Shown here in pieces: positions 1-11,600 of a stretch of DNA of 64,000 nucleotides. The notes below the pieces were generated by a model, which saw nothing but the letters and a program-made list of their open reading frames with translations, was not told where the DNA came from and did no database searches. The stretch covers positions 1-64,000 of IMG/VR virus record IMGVR_UViG_3300013233_000093; one strand, written 5' to 3'. Position 1 is the stretch's first letter; each line of letters opens with the position of its first letter. Made by a program: the position numbers and the translations under genes.

Positions 1-281
1 CCTGTGGGTGCCGGAGGCACCGGAGATGCTATCAGTGGCGACAGCGAAGCTGGGTCGCCCTGACGGATGTCAGATAACCCAACACGTGGACTCGCTGGCG
101 CTCCCCCACCTGTGGGTGGAGCCGCATCACCTGTGGGTGCCGGAGGCACCGGAGATGCTATCAGTGGCGACAGCGAAGCTGGGTCGCCCTGACGGATGTC
201 AGATAACCCAACACGTGGACTCGCTGGCGCTCCCCCACCTGTGGGTGGGGACACATCACCTGTGGGTGCCGGAGGCACCGG
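1..281. repeat. Tandem 129-bp (43-codon) Pro/Gly/Ala-rich repeat inside the tape-measure gene
   Basis: cctgtgggtgccggaggcaccgg recurs at 1, 130 and 259; first two units nearly identical. Confidence 0.95.
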
Positions 282-3200
282 GGGCGTGCCAGACGGTGTA
301 CCGGGAGGCGTTGGAGTTCTTCCTGGAACCGGAGGCGCTCCTTGTGCGCCACCAGCCAGCCATGCAATCATGTCCGTCTGCATGCGCCAAGCACCACCCA
401 CTATACCAGTTCCTCTACGCAAGACAGAAGAACTGTTCCCGCGCATAATACGACCTAAGGGATTTGTAAGACGCGTTCCTAAGCTGGCAGTTAACACCTT
501 CTTACCGTTTTTCTTTAGGAGTCCATCACGCACCTCCGCTGCGGTAAGGATTACATCGCCCTCACGGTTAAGAACCTCGCCGTCGATTTGCTTGTGCTTC
601 TTGATGGTCTTGCCTGTCCTACGACTTATATAGTCCCCACGTTTTAACCCACGCTTTGTCAGTCGCGGAGAATCTTCACCCGGAACATACACGTCGCCCC
701 GGTTAATAAATCCTTTCACAGATCTACCCACCATCTTAGCGATTGCCCATGCAGGTTTTAATAACAAGTGTTTTGCTATTTTACCCTGGAGTTTCCAAGA
801 GGCCTTGGTGAGTTTGATGAAGTTTCTAGCCACGTTCCGAAGCTTACCGGTACGGTTGCCAAACAGACCGGTTTGTAAATCCAATGCAGACACCACCTCC
901 TCACCTTTAGCGTCTATTACAGGGCCGTCAATGTCGCCGACCTTATGGATGACGTTACCAGTAGCTTTGTCGAAGTAACGACCTAAGCGCATGCCTCTCG
1001 CAGTCATCACAGGCGCCTTTTGCCGGGCAACGTAGATGTCTTGCGTGAAGAGATCTTTTACACCTCCACCAACTGCCTTACGAACGACGGATAGCGGATT
1101 ACGGATCAGTTTAGATAACCCGTTATCCTCGCCCAGGTATTGCCCGATGAAATCGGCTACCTTGTTAGCGCCCTGCTTTACAACGTTGTTGGTGTTCACT
1201 GCGTTATTAATGGTGTCGCCTACTGAGTTTGTGGTTTTGTTTCCACTTACTACATCGCCTGCTACGCGTGAAACCTTGTTGTAATACGAAGACACCATGT
1301 CAGCGGCATCGCCTGCACCAGACCGCATGCCACGTAAGACGCCAGATGAATCTCCAGTAATTGTACCAGACGCATCGCCTGCCTCCGCACCACTGGACTG
1401 TGATATGGATTGCAGTAAGACATGTTCTGTTGCAAAGTTACCGTCGATCGCTTTGACGACTTCTTCTAACCCCACGCGCATCGCCGATACAGCGGGGTCT
1501 TCTTCACCTGAAGTGATCTTAGCCTGACTTACATCGAGCGGTGCTTTGGACGTCGGTGCTAATACACCTGCGTTGTTCTGCATGTCGATTACAACCGGCG
1601 ATACCGCACCGAGTGTGTTTATGTCTGGCGTACCCGCGATGATCGTTTCAGTGGCTTGTAGGAGCGCAACTTTTAACGCCGACGCGGTACTTTGCTTGGT
1701 GGTTTCACTGGTGTTCTCCGTGACGGCATCGCTGGTGTTTTGTGATGGCCGCTCTGTGCCGTCCCAGGATATAGACGCTATCAGTGCGCTTAATGACTCT
1801 GGCAGATTGGTTACCTGACCATCTTCTTCCGGCTTGGTTGCAGCTGCTTCCTTAGGCTTAGGCAATTCACTTGTCTCACCTAACTGCACACCTTCTAACG
1901 CCGAAGCTAGGCCGTGACTGGTAGACGATGCATCGGTATACTTACTCACATCAGTATCGACTGTCTCTGTCCTAGACTCCACGAGGTTGATAATCGCATT
2001 TAGCGCATTATTAGCCACGTTGGCAGTCGAAGATTTGACACTCTTTACTGACTGGTCAAGTCCGATGGACTCACTGGCGTTACTCATCCCGTTTGTAAAT
2101 ACAGACTTTATGTCTGCGAAGGATACGGGACGTGAAGACATGTCACGGTACTTTGCATTAGTAACATCCACATTACTGAGTATGTCACTTCTTGCAGTGT
2201 CACCTGCAAACGCATAGTTAGCATACCCACCAACGGATTCTGATTTATCCGTTTCCTTAGACTTAAACACTTCTGACAATGTCGATACAGGGGACGAGTT
2301 AACGATTCCCTTAGATATGGCATTGTACCGATTAGTTATAGTCTCTCCTGGCGCTACCTGTAGTGCGATTAGCTCGTCGTTTACGGCTGACACAGTTGAC
2401 TCTACGTTACTTATCACAGAAGTAAGCGTTTCGTCCAGACGTTTACCCACCTTGGTATCCATCACTGTAGACGCTGCATCGCTGGTTGCGTACCTAGCAG
2501 TTTTAAGTGTGTCCTGCAAGGACGTCGAGGCTTTGGAATTCACAGCGCTGTTCACTAGGTCGTGTAGACTGCGTGATGTGGTGAGTGCCTTGTCTGTCTC
2601 GTTATGCACGGACGCCAGCGTTTCGTTTATGTTACTGTTGGAGGCGGAAGAATCGTCCGTACTTGTAGACGCACTCGCGTCGTCGGCAACACGTCCAATG
2701 GTATCGAAGATAGACGTTGTCTTATTCTCATCGGTGGACGATGTTAAATCGTTTACGACTGACGAAATAGACTTATACGCATCAGTGGACTTGGCCTTTG
2801 TCTGAAGCTTTGATACCGAGTTGCTAACGCTATCATACTTACGTGATACTGAGTCATGCAGGTCCGTAACCCGACTGCTGTTCATCACGTCGTTTAATAC
2901 GTTACCCACGCCGCGTTTTGTCGCGGGCGGTGTCTCTTCTCCTGCATGGTTGCCAGGTGGTTGGGTAGGGAGGTCTTCGGAGGCACCTGCGTTACCGTCA
3001 ACACTAGATATGTCTGCGTCTGTCTTGCCCGGTGTGCGAGTGAAGGTTTCGTCTATGGCAGTGGTTAACTCACTCCACGCCGTCGATAAATTGGCCTTGG
3101 CCTTTGTCCTGGCTTCTTCGATTACCAGCTTAGCATACGCCCGCGCCTCCGATTTACTTACATGCTCCAGATTTTCCTCCCCATATCGGACAGCGCTGGT

Positions 3201-6200
3201 GGATGTGCGGATGTCAGAACGGTTAGCTGCATGATCTTCTGTCGCTGCATCTGCGGCGTTGTCTATAGACTCCTGTACGGGCGTGACCACGTTGACTGCA
3301 TCGGCGCTTGTCGCTGACGGAGTGTTATAAATCTCGCGTATTGCCCTAACCAGAGTGGAGACCGTATGTCCGTCGAGCGAACTGTTTGTGTCTCCACCAT
3401 GGCCATCAACAACGACGGTCGTAGCGGGTTTCGGCGTGACCGCTGCCTTTGCGTTATCTGCTATGGTTCGAAGTGACAGGCTGGGCTTACCCACAGCGTC
3501 TTCCACAGTTGTGGCCTTTACCACAGCATCGCTAGCCGACTCTACTGCACCCTTTGCCTTAGTGGAAGAGAACTGTCGCTTGCCTTCTGTATCCACATCT
3601 GTCACGGCATCCAGAGCAGTCTCTTTAGCTGACTGCGCTAATGCAAGTCCTGTCTTGCCGACGGTAGTGGCAGATTTAAAACCGGCAGTCAGTCCGCTTG
3701 TCAGCTTACCTAACGCGGCATTGGCGGTTTTCTTACCAGCAGTAGTTGTGGCGTTTACGTCGATGCTACGTTTACCGTCTTCATCCACAACTGTAAAGTC
3801 ATTAAGCATGTCATTCTTAATGGATGATGCAGTTTTGCTAATCTCATCAAGCTTCGCATTTGCTTCCGTGGACAGATGTTTACGAGACTCGGTTACTGCA
3901 GTGGAGATGTTAGACTCCACAAAGCTAAGTGACTTATTAGCTACATCAGTGACCTTACTTGTCACAGTAGACGTAGCATCGCTTACTGTGGACTTGATCG
4001 TAGACGCAGTGGTCGTAAGTCTATCCACCAGGCTTTGGTTTGCAGCTAAGTTACCCGCTAACTGATCACTGATCGTGCTAAGGACCGATGCGATTGACGT
4101 ATCGCTTGATGCATTGGACGTGGTATCCGCACTGAGGTTAGAGGTTACCGTTATGCCCTTTGAGGTAACAACGACCGCATCTCTGATCTCGGTGAGCAGA
4201 TCTAGCTGATTTGACGTGGCCATCTCCATAGTGGATTGGCTTATCTCGTCGAGCAAGTCACGCAAGTCGGTGGTGTCGCAACAATCGTCACGATCTGCAG
4301 TGCTTGTTAAGATACGATCCGCTTCTTCTGCAGAAACGATTTTTGTATCACTGGTGGTCGTAGCCGTGCGTATGTATTCAGCCAGCTCGCTTTGTACCTC
4401 CATGGACAGTTCGGTAGCGGTGCTTATTTCGTGCAGTACGTCTACGACCGATGTGGAACTGGCTATGGTCTGCGTAGACGCGTTTATCTCGCCCAGTATA
4501 GCAGTCAGTTTGCCACAGCACTCGTCAAAGGATGCGCCGCCCGTGCCTGCCGGTGACGGTGTGCCTGGCGTGGGACTGTCTGGTGCACCTGCAGGAGGTG
4601 GTGTGGGTGGCTGTATTAACGGACCATTCAATAACGCGTTTGGCCCCTTCCTACCCAGCTTGAACTGCTCTAACGCCTCCATGTCGACCTGTGGGTTCCC
4701 AGAGGAATCCATGGTAATCAGACCCAATCGTTCTAGTGACTCTCGCTTACCGTTGAACATCAAGTTCTTGGTAATGTCGTTAAACTCAGACGAGCGTGTG
4801 TTAATACGACTAAACGAGTTTATCGCAGTGGACACCTTATCGTGATCACGTTCATTGTCGGCAGCCGCCATGACCTGCTCGATCTCAGTAGCCACATCGC
4901 TTGAACTGTAAAGCGTGTTTTTATCACTACTGGTATCCACGTAGTCTTTGGAAACAAATCCACCGCGTTTATCCCTCTGGGTGATAAAGCGCTCTATTAA
5001 CTCTTCCCTTGCTGTGGATGACAACGCGCCCACTGTGTCTATCGCATCTACCGCCTTACCTGCCTGTGTGCGAACTTGCATTTGTGCATCACGAGTGATG
5101 ACGGAATTAGCCACATCCATATCTTGCTGACTGTTCGTAATGAACTGCATCTTGTCCTGTGAATAAACAAGTCGCTCGTTCTTAGTACCAGTGGCAATGT
5201 TGGTTGTCTGTTCAAGGATGCGGGCGAGGTAACCTGGAATAGTAACGTTGATTGTGTTATGCGTTGTTGAATCGCTTAACGACGCACTTACGTTCTTCAT
5301 TTGACCAACTGTGTCACCTAGCGTGATACGATCGTTGAACACGGGGACTACCGACTTAAGCGCCTTTCCGGCCATATTAGCCGCAGACTCTACGCTAAAC
5401 GGCTTGGCTGCCTTTGCCATTGCAGCAAGTGCGTTGTTCTTCCAGCCGTAACCGTCGTTTGAATCAAACTCTTCATCCGACATCTTACCTTGCAACAAAC
5501 GCCTAGCTGCTCTTCGTGCCACGCCCTCGTCACGCTTATCAGAGTCCATCCTAGAACCATCGGCATTATAGTTAATAGTGCCATAGTTCTCTTCTCTGTA
5601 TCGCAGATCTGCCTTGCGTGCACGCTCTTCTTCGGCTAACGCACGCTCGTGTGCACGCCGCTGTCTGCTTAACTCTACTTCCGTCTGACGTGCATCAGCC
5701 TGTGTTTCACCGCCTAATTTGCCGGTGAGCGATACACTGGCATCTTCTATGGATTGCCTGGCGCCCTCTGCTACGTCTGAAATAGAGCTCGCTATACGTT
5801 TAAAGAACGTGGTGTCGGTAAGATCCTGATCACCTTCTGCGTACGCTGATGCCTCTGCTGCCGCGTTCTTCGTAAAATTACGACTGGCTCTGGCCATCGA
5901 CATCATCAATTTGTTATTTGATATCTTAAGCGCCAACGGAGCAGCTAACTTTTCAGCGCCCGCCTCTAGTCCCATCTCGGACGCCATGGCACCCATCATC
6001 TTTAAGCGGTCGGATCGACTCATCTCGCCAAAGCTGTCCCCGGACATGTCCGCGGTGCCCTGTGCCATACCCACAGCGTCCTTAACTACGGCGACACCTG
6101 CCATGGCTTTTTTCTGAATGGTGCCCTGTGCATTCTCTGTGTACTGGTCTGTAAAGTTCGTTACGGTATCTGCGATGGTTTCGTACATGCGCTCATCTAA

Positions 6201-6995
6201 CGTGGAACCCAGTCGTTCCGACATGCGACTCTTTACAATGTCCGGCAAGCCTGTATTCTTTTGTATGTTTTGAAGGAGCTTTGTAGCCCCATCAAAAAAC
6301 GGTTTGGACAATTCTACGAGTTCTTTAGTCGCAAAGAAAATACGATGTTGCAGTTCCAAGTGCTTACGCTGGTAGTCTATCAGCACGGTGTCTTGATAAC
6401 TAGCCAGTTTAGATACGGCAGACGCGATCTTTTGATTGACGTCTACGTTCTCTTCGTGCTGTGCGGTTGTACGTACGGCGTCTGCGTTGTTTACCGCGAC
6501 TTCGTAGTCCAGCTTGGCTGCGTCTGCCTTGGTCTCACGATCAAAGATGCCTGCCAAAGAAGTCTGAATCTGTGCTTCTTTTACGTCTACACGGTCAGGC
6601 GTTTGATAGCCCAGATCGTTAGCGAACTCCTTAACCGTGGAAGCCATGAATTCAGGTAAGAATTTATCCACCATGGCCTCGTTTTTAACGAGGAGTTTCT
6701 TTACTCCCAAAATGGCAGGTTCGAGTTCCTTCTCTGCCTTAGCTATGGTGTCTGAAACAAAGTCCATGCCACCGCCAATGGCGCTGTCAAGTTCTTGATA
6801 TTCAGTAGGCAATGCGTTACGGCGGATCGCATTACCGGCAACTTCGGATATTTTATCTTTAGTAATAGCGTCGAGTACGCCGGTCTTTATGGAATCAGCA
6901 GGCGAGCGATCGCCAGACGAATCCTCGTCCGCCTCCTCAAACCCGTCGAACTCATCCATATCGTCTAGAAAATCATCGTCGTCAAAATCTGACAT
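1..6995 (-). CDS. Tail tape-measure / tail-associated protein, phiKZ gp181-like (partial, >2330 aa, runs off left end)
   Basis: ATG at 6995 (MSDFDDDDFLDDMDEFDGF) with GAGGA RBS; absent from ORF track because no stop in window; + strand shadow ORFs at 196, 1036, 2317, 3355, 4216 and 6889 share one frame; motifs YQRKHLELQHR, TGLPDIVK, IPGYLARIL and two D(I/V)YV...IDGxV modules; divergent from vRNAP beta' as in phiKZ. Confidence 0.8.
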   Translation of the reverse strand, partial: MSDFDDDDFLDDMDEFDGFEEADEDSSGDRSPADSIKTGVLDAITKDKISEVAGNAIRRNALPTEYQELDSAIGGGMDFVSDTIAKAEKELEPAILGVKKLLVKNEAMVDKFLPEFMASTVKEFANDLGYQTPDRVDVKEAQIQTSLAGIFDRETKADAAKLDYEVAVNNADAVRTTAQHEENVDVNQKIASAVSKLASYQDTVLIDYQRKHLELQHRIFFATKELVELSKPFFDGATKLLQNIQKNTGLPDIVKSRMSERLGSTLDERMYETIADTVTNFTDQYTENAQGTIQKKAMAGVAVVKDAVGMAQGTADMSGDSFGEMSRSDRLKMMGAMASEMGLEAGAEKLAAPLALKISNNKLMMSMARASRNFTKNAAAEASAYAEGDQDLTDTTFFKRIASSISDVAEGARQSIEDASVSLTGKLGGETQADARQTEVELSRQRRAHERALAEEERARKADLRYREENYGTINYNADGSRMDSDKRDEGVARRAARRLLQGKMSDEEFDSNDGYGWKNNALAAMAKAAKPFSVESAANMAGKALKSVVPVFNDRITLGDTVGQMKNVSASLSDSTTHNTINVTIPGYLARILEQTTNIATGTKNERLVYSQDKMQFITNSQQDMDVANSVITRDAQMQVRTQAGKAVDAIDTVGALSSTAREELIERFITQRDKRGGFVSKDYVDTSSDKNTLYSSSDVATEIEQVMAAADNERDHDKVSTAINSFSRINTRSSEFNDITKNLMFNGKRESLERLGLITMDSSGNPQVDMEALEQFKLGRKGPNALLNGPLIQPPTPPPAGAPDSPTPGTPSPAGTGGASFDECCGKLTAILGEINASTQTIASSTSVVDVLHEISTATELSMEVQSELAEYIRTATTTSDTKIVSAEEADRILTSTADRDDCCDTTDLRDLLDEISQSTMEMATSNQLDLLTEIRDAVVVTSKGITVTSNLSADTTSNASSDTSIASVLSTISDQLAGNLAANQSLVDRLTTTASTIKSTVSDATSTVTSKVTDVANKSLSFVESNISTAVTESRKHLSTEANAKLDEISKTASSIKNDMLNDFTVVDEDGKRSIDVNATTTAGKKTANAALGKLTSGLTAGFKSATTVGKTGLALAQSAKETALDAVTDVDTEGKRQFSSTKAKGAVESASDAVVKATTVEDAVGKPSLSLRTIADNAKAAVTPKPATTVVVDGHGGDTNSSLDGHTVSTLVRAIREIYNTPSATSADAVNVVTPVQESIDNAADAATEDHAANRSDIRTSTSAVRYGEENLEHVSKSEARAYAKLVIEEARTKAKANLSTAWSELTTAIDETFTRTPGKTDADISSVDGNAGASEDLPTQPPGNHAGEETPPATKRGVGNVLNDVMNSSRVTDLHDSVSRKYDSVSNSVSKLQTKAKSTDAYKSISSVVNDLTSSTDENKTTSIFDTIGRVADDASASTSTDDSSASNSNINETLASVHNETDKALTTSRSLHDLVNSAVNSKASTSLQDTLKTARYATSDAASTVMDTKVGKRLDETLTSVISNVESTVSAVNDELIALQVAPGETITNRYNAISKGIVNSSPVSTLSEVFKSKETDKSESVGGYANYAFAGDTARSDILSNVDVTNAKYRDMSSRPVSFADIKSVFTNGMSNASESIGLDQSVKSVKSSTANVANNALNAIINLVESRTETVDTDVSKYTDASSTSHGLASALEGVQLGETSELPKPKEAAATKPEEDGQVTNLPESLSALIASISWDGTERPSQNTSDAVTENTSETTKQSTASALKVALLQATETIIAGTPDINTLGAVSPVVIDMQNNAGVLAPTSKAPLDVSQAKITSGEEDPAVSAMRVGLEEVVKAIDGNFATEHVLLQSISQSSGAEAGDASGTITGDSSGVLRGMRSGAGDAADMVSSYYNKVSRVAGDVVSGNKTTNSVGDTINNAVNTNNVVKQGANKVADFIGQYLGEDNGLSKLIRNPLSVVRKAVGGGVKDLFTQDIYVARQKAPVMTARGMRLGRYFDKATGNVIHKVGDIDGPVIDAKGEEVVSALDLQTGLFGNRTGKLRNVARNFIKLTKASWKLQGKIAKHLLLKPAWAIAKMVGRSVKGFINRGDVYVPGEDSPRLTKRGLKRGDYISRRTGKTIKKHKQIDGEVLNREGDVILTAAEVRDGLLKKNGKKVLTASLGTRLTNPLGRIMRGNSSSVLRRGTGIVGGAWRMQTDMIAWLAGGAQGAPPVPGRTPTPPGTPSGTPPVPPAPTGDVSPPTGGGAPASPRVGLSDIRQGDPASLSPLIASPVPPAPTGDAAPPTGGGAPASPRVGLSDIRQGDPASLSPLIASPVPPAPT

Positions 6996-7048
6996 GGTCT
7001 TATCCTCATTTAATACAAAGTATCCGCTTATAAAAGGCATGCCTCATT

Positions 7049-8689
7049 ATGAACAACAAAGACATCGCGTTTAACATTAAGATCATGAGTCCAGACAGAG
7101 AGTCGATACGCGGTATGTTGCCTGTATCTACTATGGACATGTACGACAATAACACGGGGGATTACCATCCACAAGGGCTGTACTCTAACGTCATCTTTGG
7201 TCGTGTGGGTACTGACTTACGGAACGAGTCTCACGGGTTTATTAACCTGCGGACGAGTATACTGCATCCTAAGTTGTTTGACGAGCTTATACGACTTAAA
7301 GGACTTTATCGAGCTGTGATGTCTGGCAGTGAGTTTGCAGTGTGGGATAAAAAGAAGCGTGACTTTATAAAGTCTGATATGCTTGACGGTGAAACTGGAT
7401 ATGCGTTTTTTAAGTCGCATTTTGAAGAGCTTAATCTGGTGAAGAACAAGTCGGTGCAGCGAGCTGCTCGCATCGATCTGTTAAACAAATACCGCAAGTC
7501 TGCTTATGCGGATTTCCAAGTCGTGGCACCCGCGGGTCTAAGGGATGCAAAAACTGACGAGACGGGAAGAACCATCGAGGTGGATGTCAACAAAACGTAT
7601 CGTCGTATTATGGCATTAGCCAGCACGATACCTGAAACACTGATCGACAGTGAAGACACCACGTTAGACCGTACTCGTTATAGTCTACAGTTGGCCATTA
7701 ACGAGTTGTGGAAATACCACGTTATGTTAATCGGTGGTAAGAACGGTTTTCTCGAAGCTAAGTTTGGCAGTCGTAAGGTGGAGTATGGCACGACGAACGT
7801 CATGTCTAGTATGGATCCTGCTAGTGCTGATATGAATGGCGCTACGGCCATGGACGTCACCAATACACAAATAGGCTTGCATCAGTTCCTGAAGTCCACC
7901 GAACCTATGGCGGTGGGTTACTACATCCCACACGGGATCGCTGAGGACGTGTACATCAATGCAGACGGAGACGTGGAACTTATCGAGCCTAAGACGCTTA
8001 CGCCTGTGTCTGTAAAGTTGAGCGAGAAGGAACGTACTCTGTGGGGAACCGAGGAAGGCTTGTCTACGTTGATAAACAACTTCGACGTGGTGGACATCCG
8101 GCACGAACCCGTGATGATCGCAGGCAAGTACCTTGCCATGATCTATCGAGATCGTAAGAACTTCAAAGTCATCCGGGATATGGAATCTGTGCCGGATCGT
8201 ATAAACCGTGCGTACATTAAACCGTTGACATGGGCTGAGTTCTTTTACATCACTGCGATGTCTTACGAGAATAAAGCACGGGCTTATGTGAACCGTTATC
8301 CTATTGTCGGGACGGGGTCGATCTACTTCAGTAAGATGTATTTGAAAACCACCATCAAAGGCGTGGTGTTGCGTGAGATGACCGATGACTTCTTAGAGAG
8401 TACGACGAATCCAGATTACCCTGAGTTTCCAGACACGGAGAATAAGGGTTCGTTCATGGACACCACTGCCCCGCATGTCAGCCAGCTGGCGAACCTTAAG
8501 GGCGATTACGATGGCGATAGGAGTTCTACGACTGCGGTAACATCCGACGAGGCAGTAAAGGAAGTGGACGACAAGATAAATGATCCTGCCACGCACCTAA
8601 CGCCTGACGGTGGTTTAGTGCAGCCGTCGGACAGTGACATCATTGACTGGGTATTTAAGAACTTCACGGGGTTTAAAGACTATGCTTAA
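7049..8689 (+). CDS. Virion RNA polymerase beta' subunit, catalytic part (phiKZ gp180-like)
   Basis: HPQGLYSNVIFG, catalytic GDYDGD (DxDGD) motif, NRYPI, APAGLRD; ~550 aa, upstream of large beta subunit. Confidence 0.92.
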   Translation: MNNKDIAFNIKIMSPDRESIRGMLPVSTMDMYDNNTGDYHPQGLYSNVIFGRVGTDLRNESHGFINLRTSILHPKLFDELIRLKGLYRAVMSGSEFAVWDKKKRDFIKSDMLDGETGYAFFKSHFEELNLVKNKSVQRAARIDLLNKYRKSAYADFQVVAPAGLRDAKTDETGRTIEVDVNKTYRRIMALASTIPETLIDSEDTTLDRTRYSLQLAINELWKYHVMLIGGKNGFLEAKFGSRKVEYGTTNVMSSMDPASADMNGATAMDVTNTQIGLHQFLKSTEPMAVGYYIPHGIAEDVYINADGDVELIEPKTLTPVSVKLSEKERTLWGTEEGLSTLINNFDVVDIRHEPVMIAGKYLAMIYRDRKNFKVIRDMESVPDRINRAYIKPLTWAEFFYITAMSYENKARAYVNRYPIVGTGSIYFSKMYLKTTIKGVVLREMTDDFLESTTNPDYPEFPDTENKGSFMDTTAPHVSQLANLKGDYDGDRSSTTAVTSDEAVKEVDDKINDPATHLTPDGGLVQPSDSDIIDWVFKNFTGFKDYA

Positions 8690-11600
8690 AATCGATCAGT
8701 ACATGGTAAAATGGGTAGCACGTAAGCGAGAGCAGATGGCAACCAAGCCATTACTCGCACACGGTGATTTGGACTTACCTGTATATACCACAATACACCA
8801 TGCGTCAGACGCAGCTAACGATTACGGCATTCGTAAATCGCATGTGCTCTTACAAGCCACTCTTCGTTACGTACGAGTCTACCATGAAATCCATGGGATG
8901 TCTGAGCACGGTAATCCCGCTAACCTAACCTACAACGTGGAGCGTACTAAATCGACGTTCTTTAAAGCACGGGGACGTACGTTTAAAAAGGTCACAGATG
9001 TCGCACGTGCCAGTAAGGACAAGAACGGGATCTTTGTGGCGGACTATTCGTTACTGCAAAACATGTTTCGTTATTCTGTTTCTAAGTATGCGGACTTGTA
9101 TGAAACGCGAAACGTCATGGATACGATATGGCGTAACGCTAATAAGTTCGGCGCACATCGCACACAGTTCATCACCTTTAAGATCCCCAAAGTCTTACCT
9201 GACTTTAACCGCATGCGCGTACTGTCAGAAGCCAAGGACGGTTTGATTGTAAGTGAAGTAAGTAAACCCATTACGTGGAACTTGATCGACTTATGGCGAC
9301 GTCTAAACGAGTTTGACTTGCCCGTATCACAAGAAGTGGCTGAGAACACCATCCTGGTCTTCCACAGCGAAGTGAAGATGGCACAGGTACGTCTGAGCGA
9401 TTTGTTTGAATGGATGGCTGACAGCGAGGCACAGACCTTAAAATCGTTTTATGCGATGTTGGTTAAAGTGCATGCTACGCGCGCGGTGACCGAAGTAGCG
9501 ACTGAAGAGGAAGACGACGATGACACGGTTACTGTGGATAAGGACCTTGATTACGAAGGAGGTAGTCAGATCTACAGCAAGGCATTAGAGATGGTGGAAG
9601 CCGGTAAGATGTCGGCTGCGCAAGCTGTGCGATTTAAGAAAATGGGCACGTCCTATAAGACCATTGAATCGTTTTCAGGCAACGGTACTCTGGAAGAAGA
9701 TCTGGATACCGATGTGGCGAGTATGGCGATGGGAAGTGATATTCCCATTATGAATAAAAAGCCCTTTATCCTAGATGACTCCATGCACTACTCGTCTATT
9801 GACGTTATGGATAAAGTCTATCGTGAGAACTACTTGCACAAACACGTGTCTCAGATGGTCGTCGGATTACAGACAGCGGGTGCTGTTGTAAAGGACATCA
9901 AGAAACAAGTACACGTAGACGCGATGAATCGTATCGAAAGATACACGGTTAAAATTGTGCCTGTGGTGGGTAAAGAATCCACACTGCACTTCCAACTGCC
10001 TGTGGTGGACGAAGACGGTGCGTTTTACGTCAGTGGAATAAAGCGCAGGTTAGATCCACAGAGAGTTGATTTGCCCATTCGTAAAGCGGGCTCAGATAAA
10101 GTCGCACTCACCTCTTATGCAGGCAAGGCCTTTGTTATTAGAAGTCCTAATGCTAATGCAAACGTAAGTCGCTGGATCACCAAGTTGATTGCTAACGATG
10201 CAATGAGTGGTCCTGGTAAGAAGATTACAAACTTGGTTATGAACAACAGTCAGTTGTCTCAGGCTAAGACACCGCGATTATACAGTGCGGTCGGAATGGG
10301 GGTTGGTTCCTTTACTGCAAACGGCGTGGACTTTAGTTTCCTCTATGACGAACGTGAAGCTGTGTATGGTAAGATCGGTAAGATAGAGCGCGACGGTCTG
10401 GTGGTGTGCGGTAAACGTAAATCTGACGGCGCTTTGGTTACAATGGACGAGGGTGGTTATCTTAACATAGGAGCTACGAAGCTTGGTATGTTGCCTCAGT
10501 TTATAAACTCCGACTGGCCTACCCCTCCTGTGGAATATGCCATGTTGCAAACGTATGGCAAGAAGGTACCTTTGGCACTAGCACTTGCGTCTAAAATGGG
10601 ACTCCGTAAACTGCTTAGACTGATTAAAGCGAAATCAAGATGGTTGGATCCAGGAGTACGTTTGGACTTACAACCCGGTGAGTTTCGTATTACATTTAAA
10701 GACTCCTCTTTGATCGTAGACGGCAGTGATCCAAAGGTACGACTTATCATGGGCGGCTTTACTGCCGTTAACCGTGTGACTAAGTTGTATCGTGCTAAGG
10801 AGTTCAACAAACCCGGTATCTATGGCACTGTGCTGGAAGACCTTAAGATCGGCAGACATGTGCTGGCTGAGATTACATTGATGTATGACATGTTCGTCGA
10901 TCCCATCACTCGCGATATCTTACGTGAGATGAAAGAACCTGAAGTATTCCAAGACCTGTTGCTGCGTAGTGCAGAACTGTTAATGGACGATCAATGGGTA
11001 GACGAGATGGACACACGGTTTATGCGATCACGTGGATACGAACGCTTCGCAGGATTTGTCTATAAGCGTCTTATGGATGCAGTTCGTGAACAGCGTAAGA
11101 ATCCACAGGCTGCTAACTCGGTGATCTCTATGCCGCATCAGGCAGTGATGTCGGACATTATTTCGGACGAGTCGGTAGTTCAAGTGGAGGAGTCCAATCC
11201 CATTCATGCGCTTAAGGAACGAGAAGCCATTACCTTTTCAGGTCAAGGTGGTCGTAGTGCTCAGACCATGGTACAGAAGAGCCGTGTGTTTCACGCTAAC
11301 GACGTTGGGTTCATTTCCGAGTCTGGTCCTGATTCGGCTAAAGTGGGCATCCGGTCTCATCGTGTACCTAATGCCAAGTACAATAGTATCTTTGGCACCA
11401 CGGATCGTTTCGACTATGATAAAGACGGGGTGTCTTCTGCGTTCTCCTCTGCAGCACTGATCTCTCCCGGGGCGTCACACAACGATCCAAAGCGTATTGC
11501 GCTTGGCGATATCCAGTGGTCGTCCATGGTTAGTGCTACCGGTGCTATTATTGTACCGTTGCGTACTGGGTATGAAATGGTAATCGCGGATCGTGTAGGT

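Noticed and set aside
1-281. 129-bp repeat as a DGR template/variable pair
   Set aside because: Tandem in-frame coding repeat; no reverse transcriptase in the window
8-7074. Many Ser/Thr/Val-rich + strand ORFs
   Set aside because: Antisense shadows of the single long minus-strand gene, mostly in one frame
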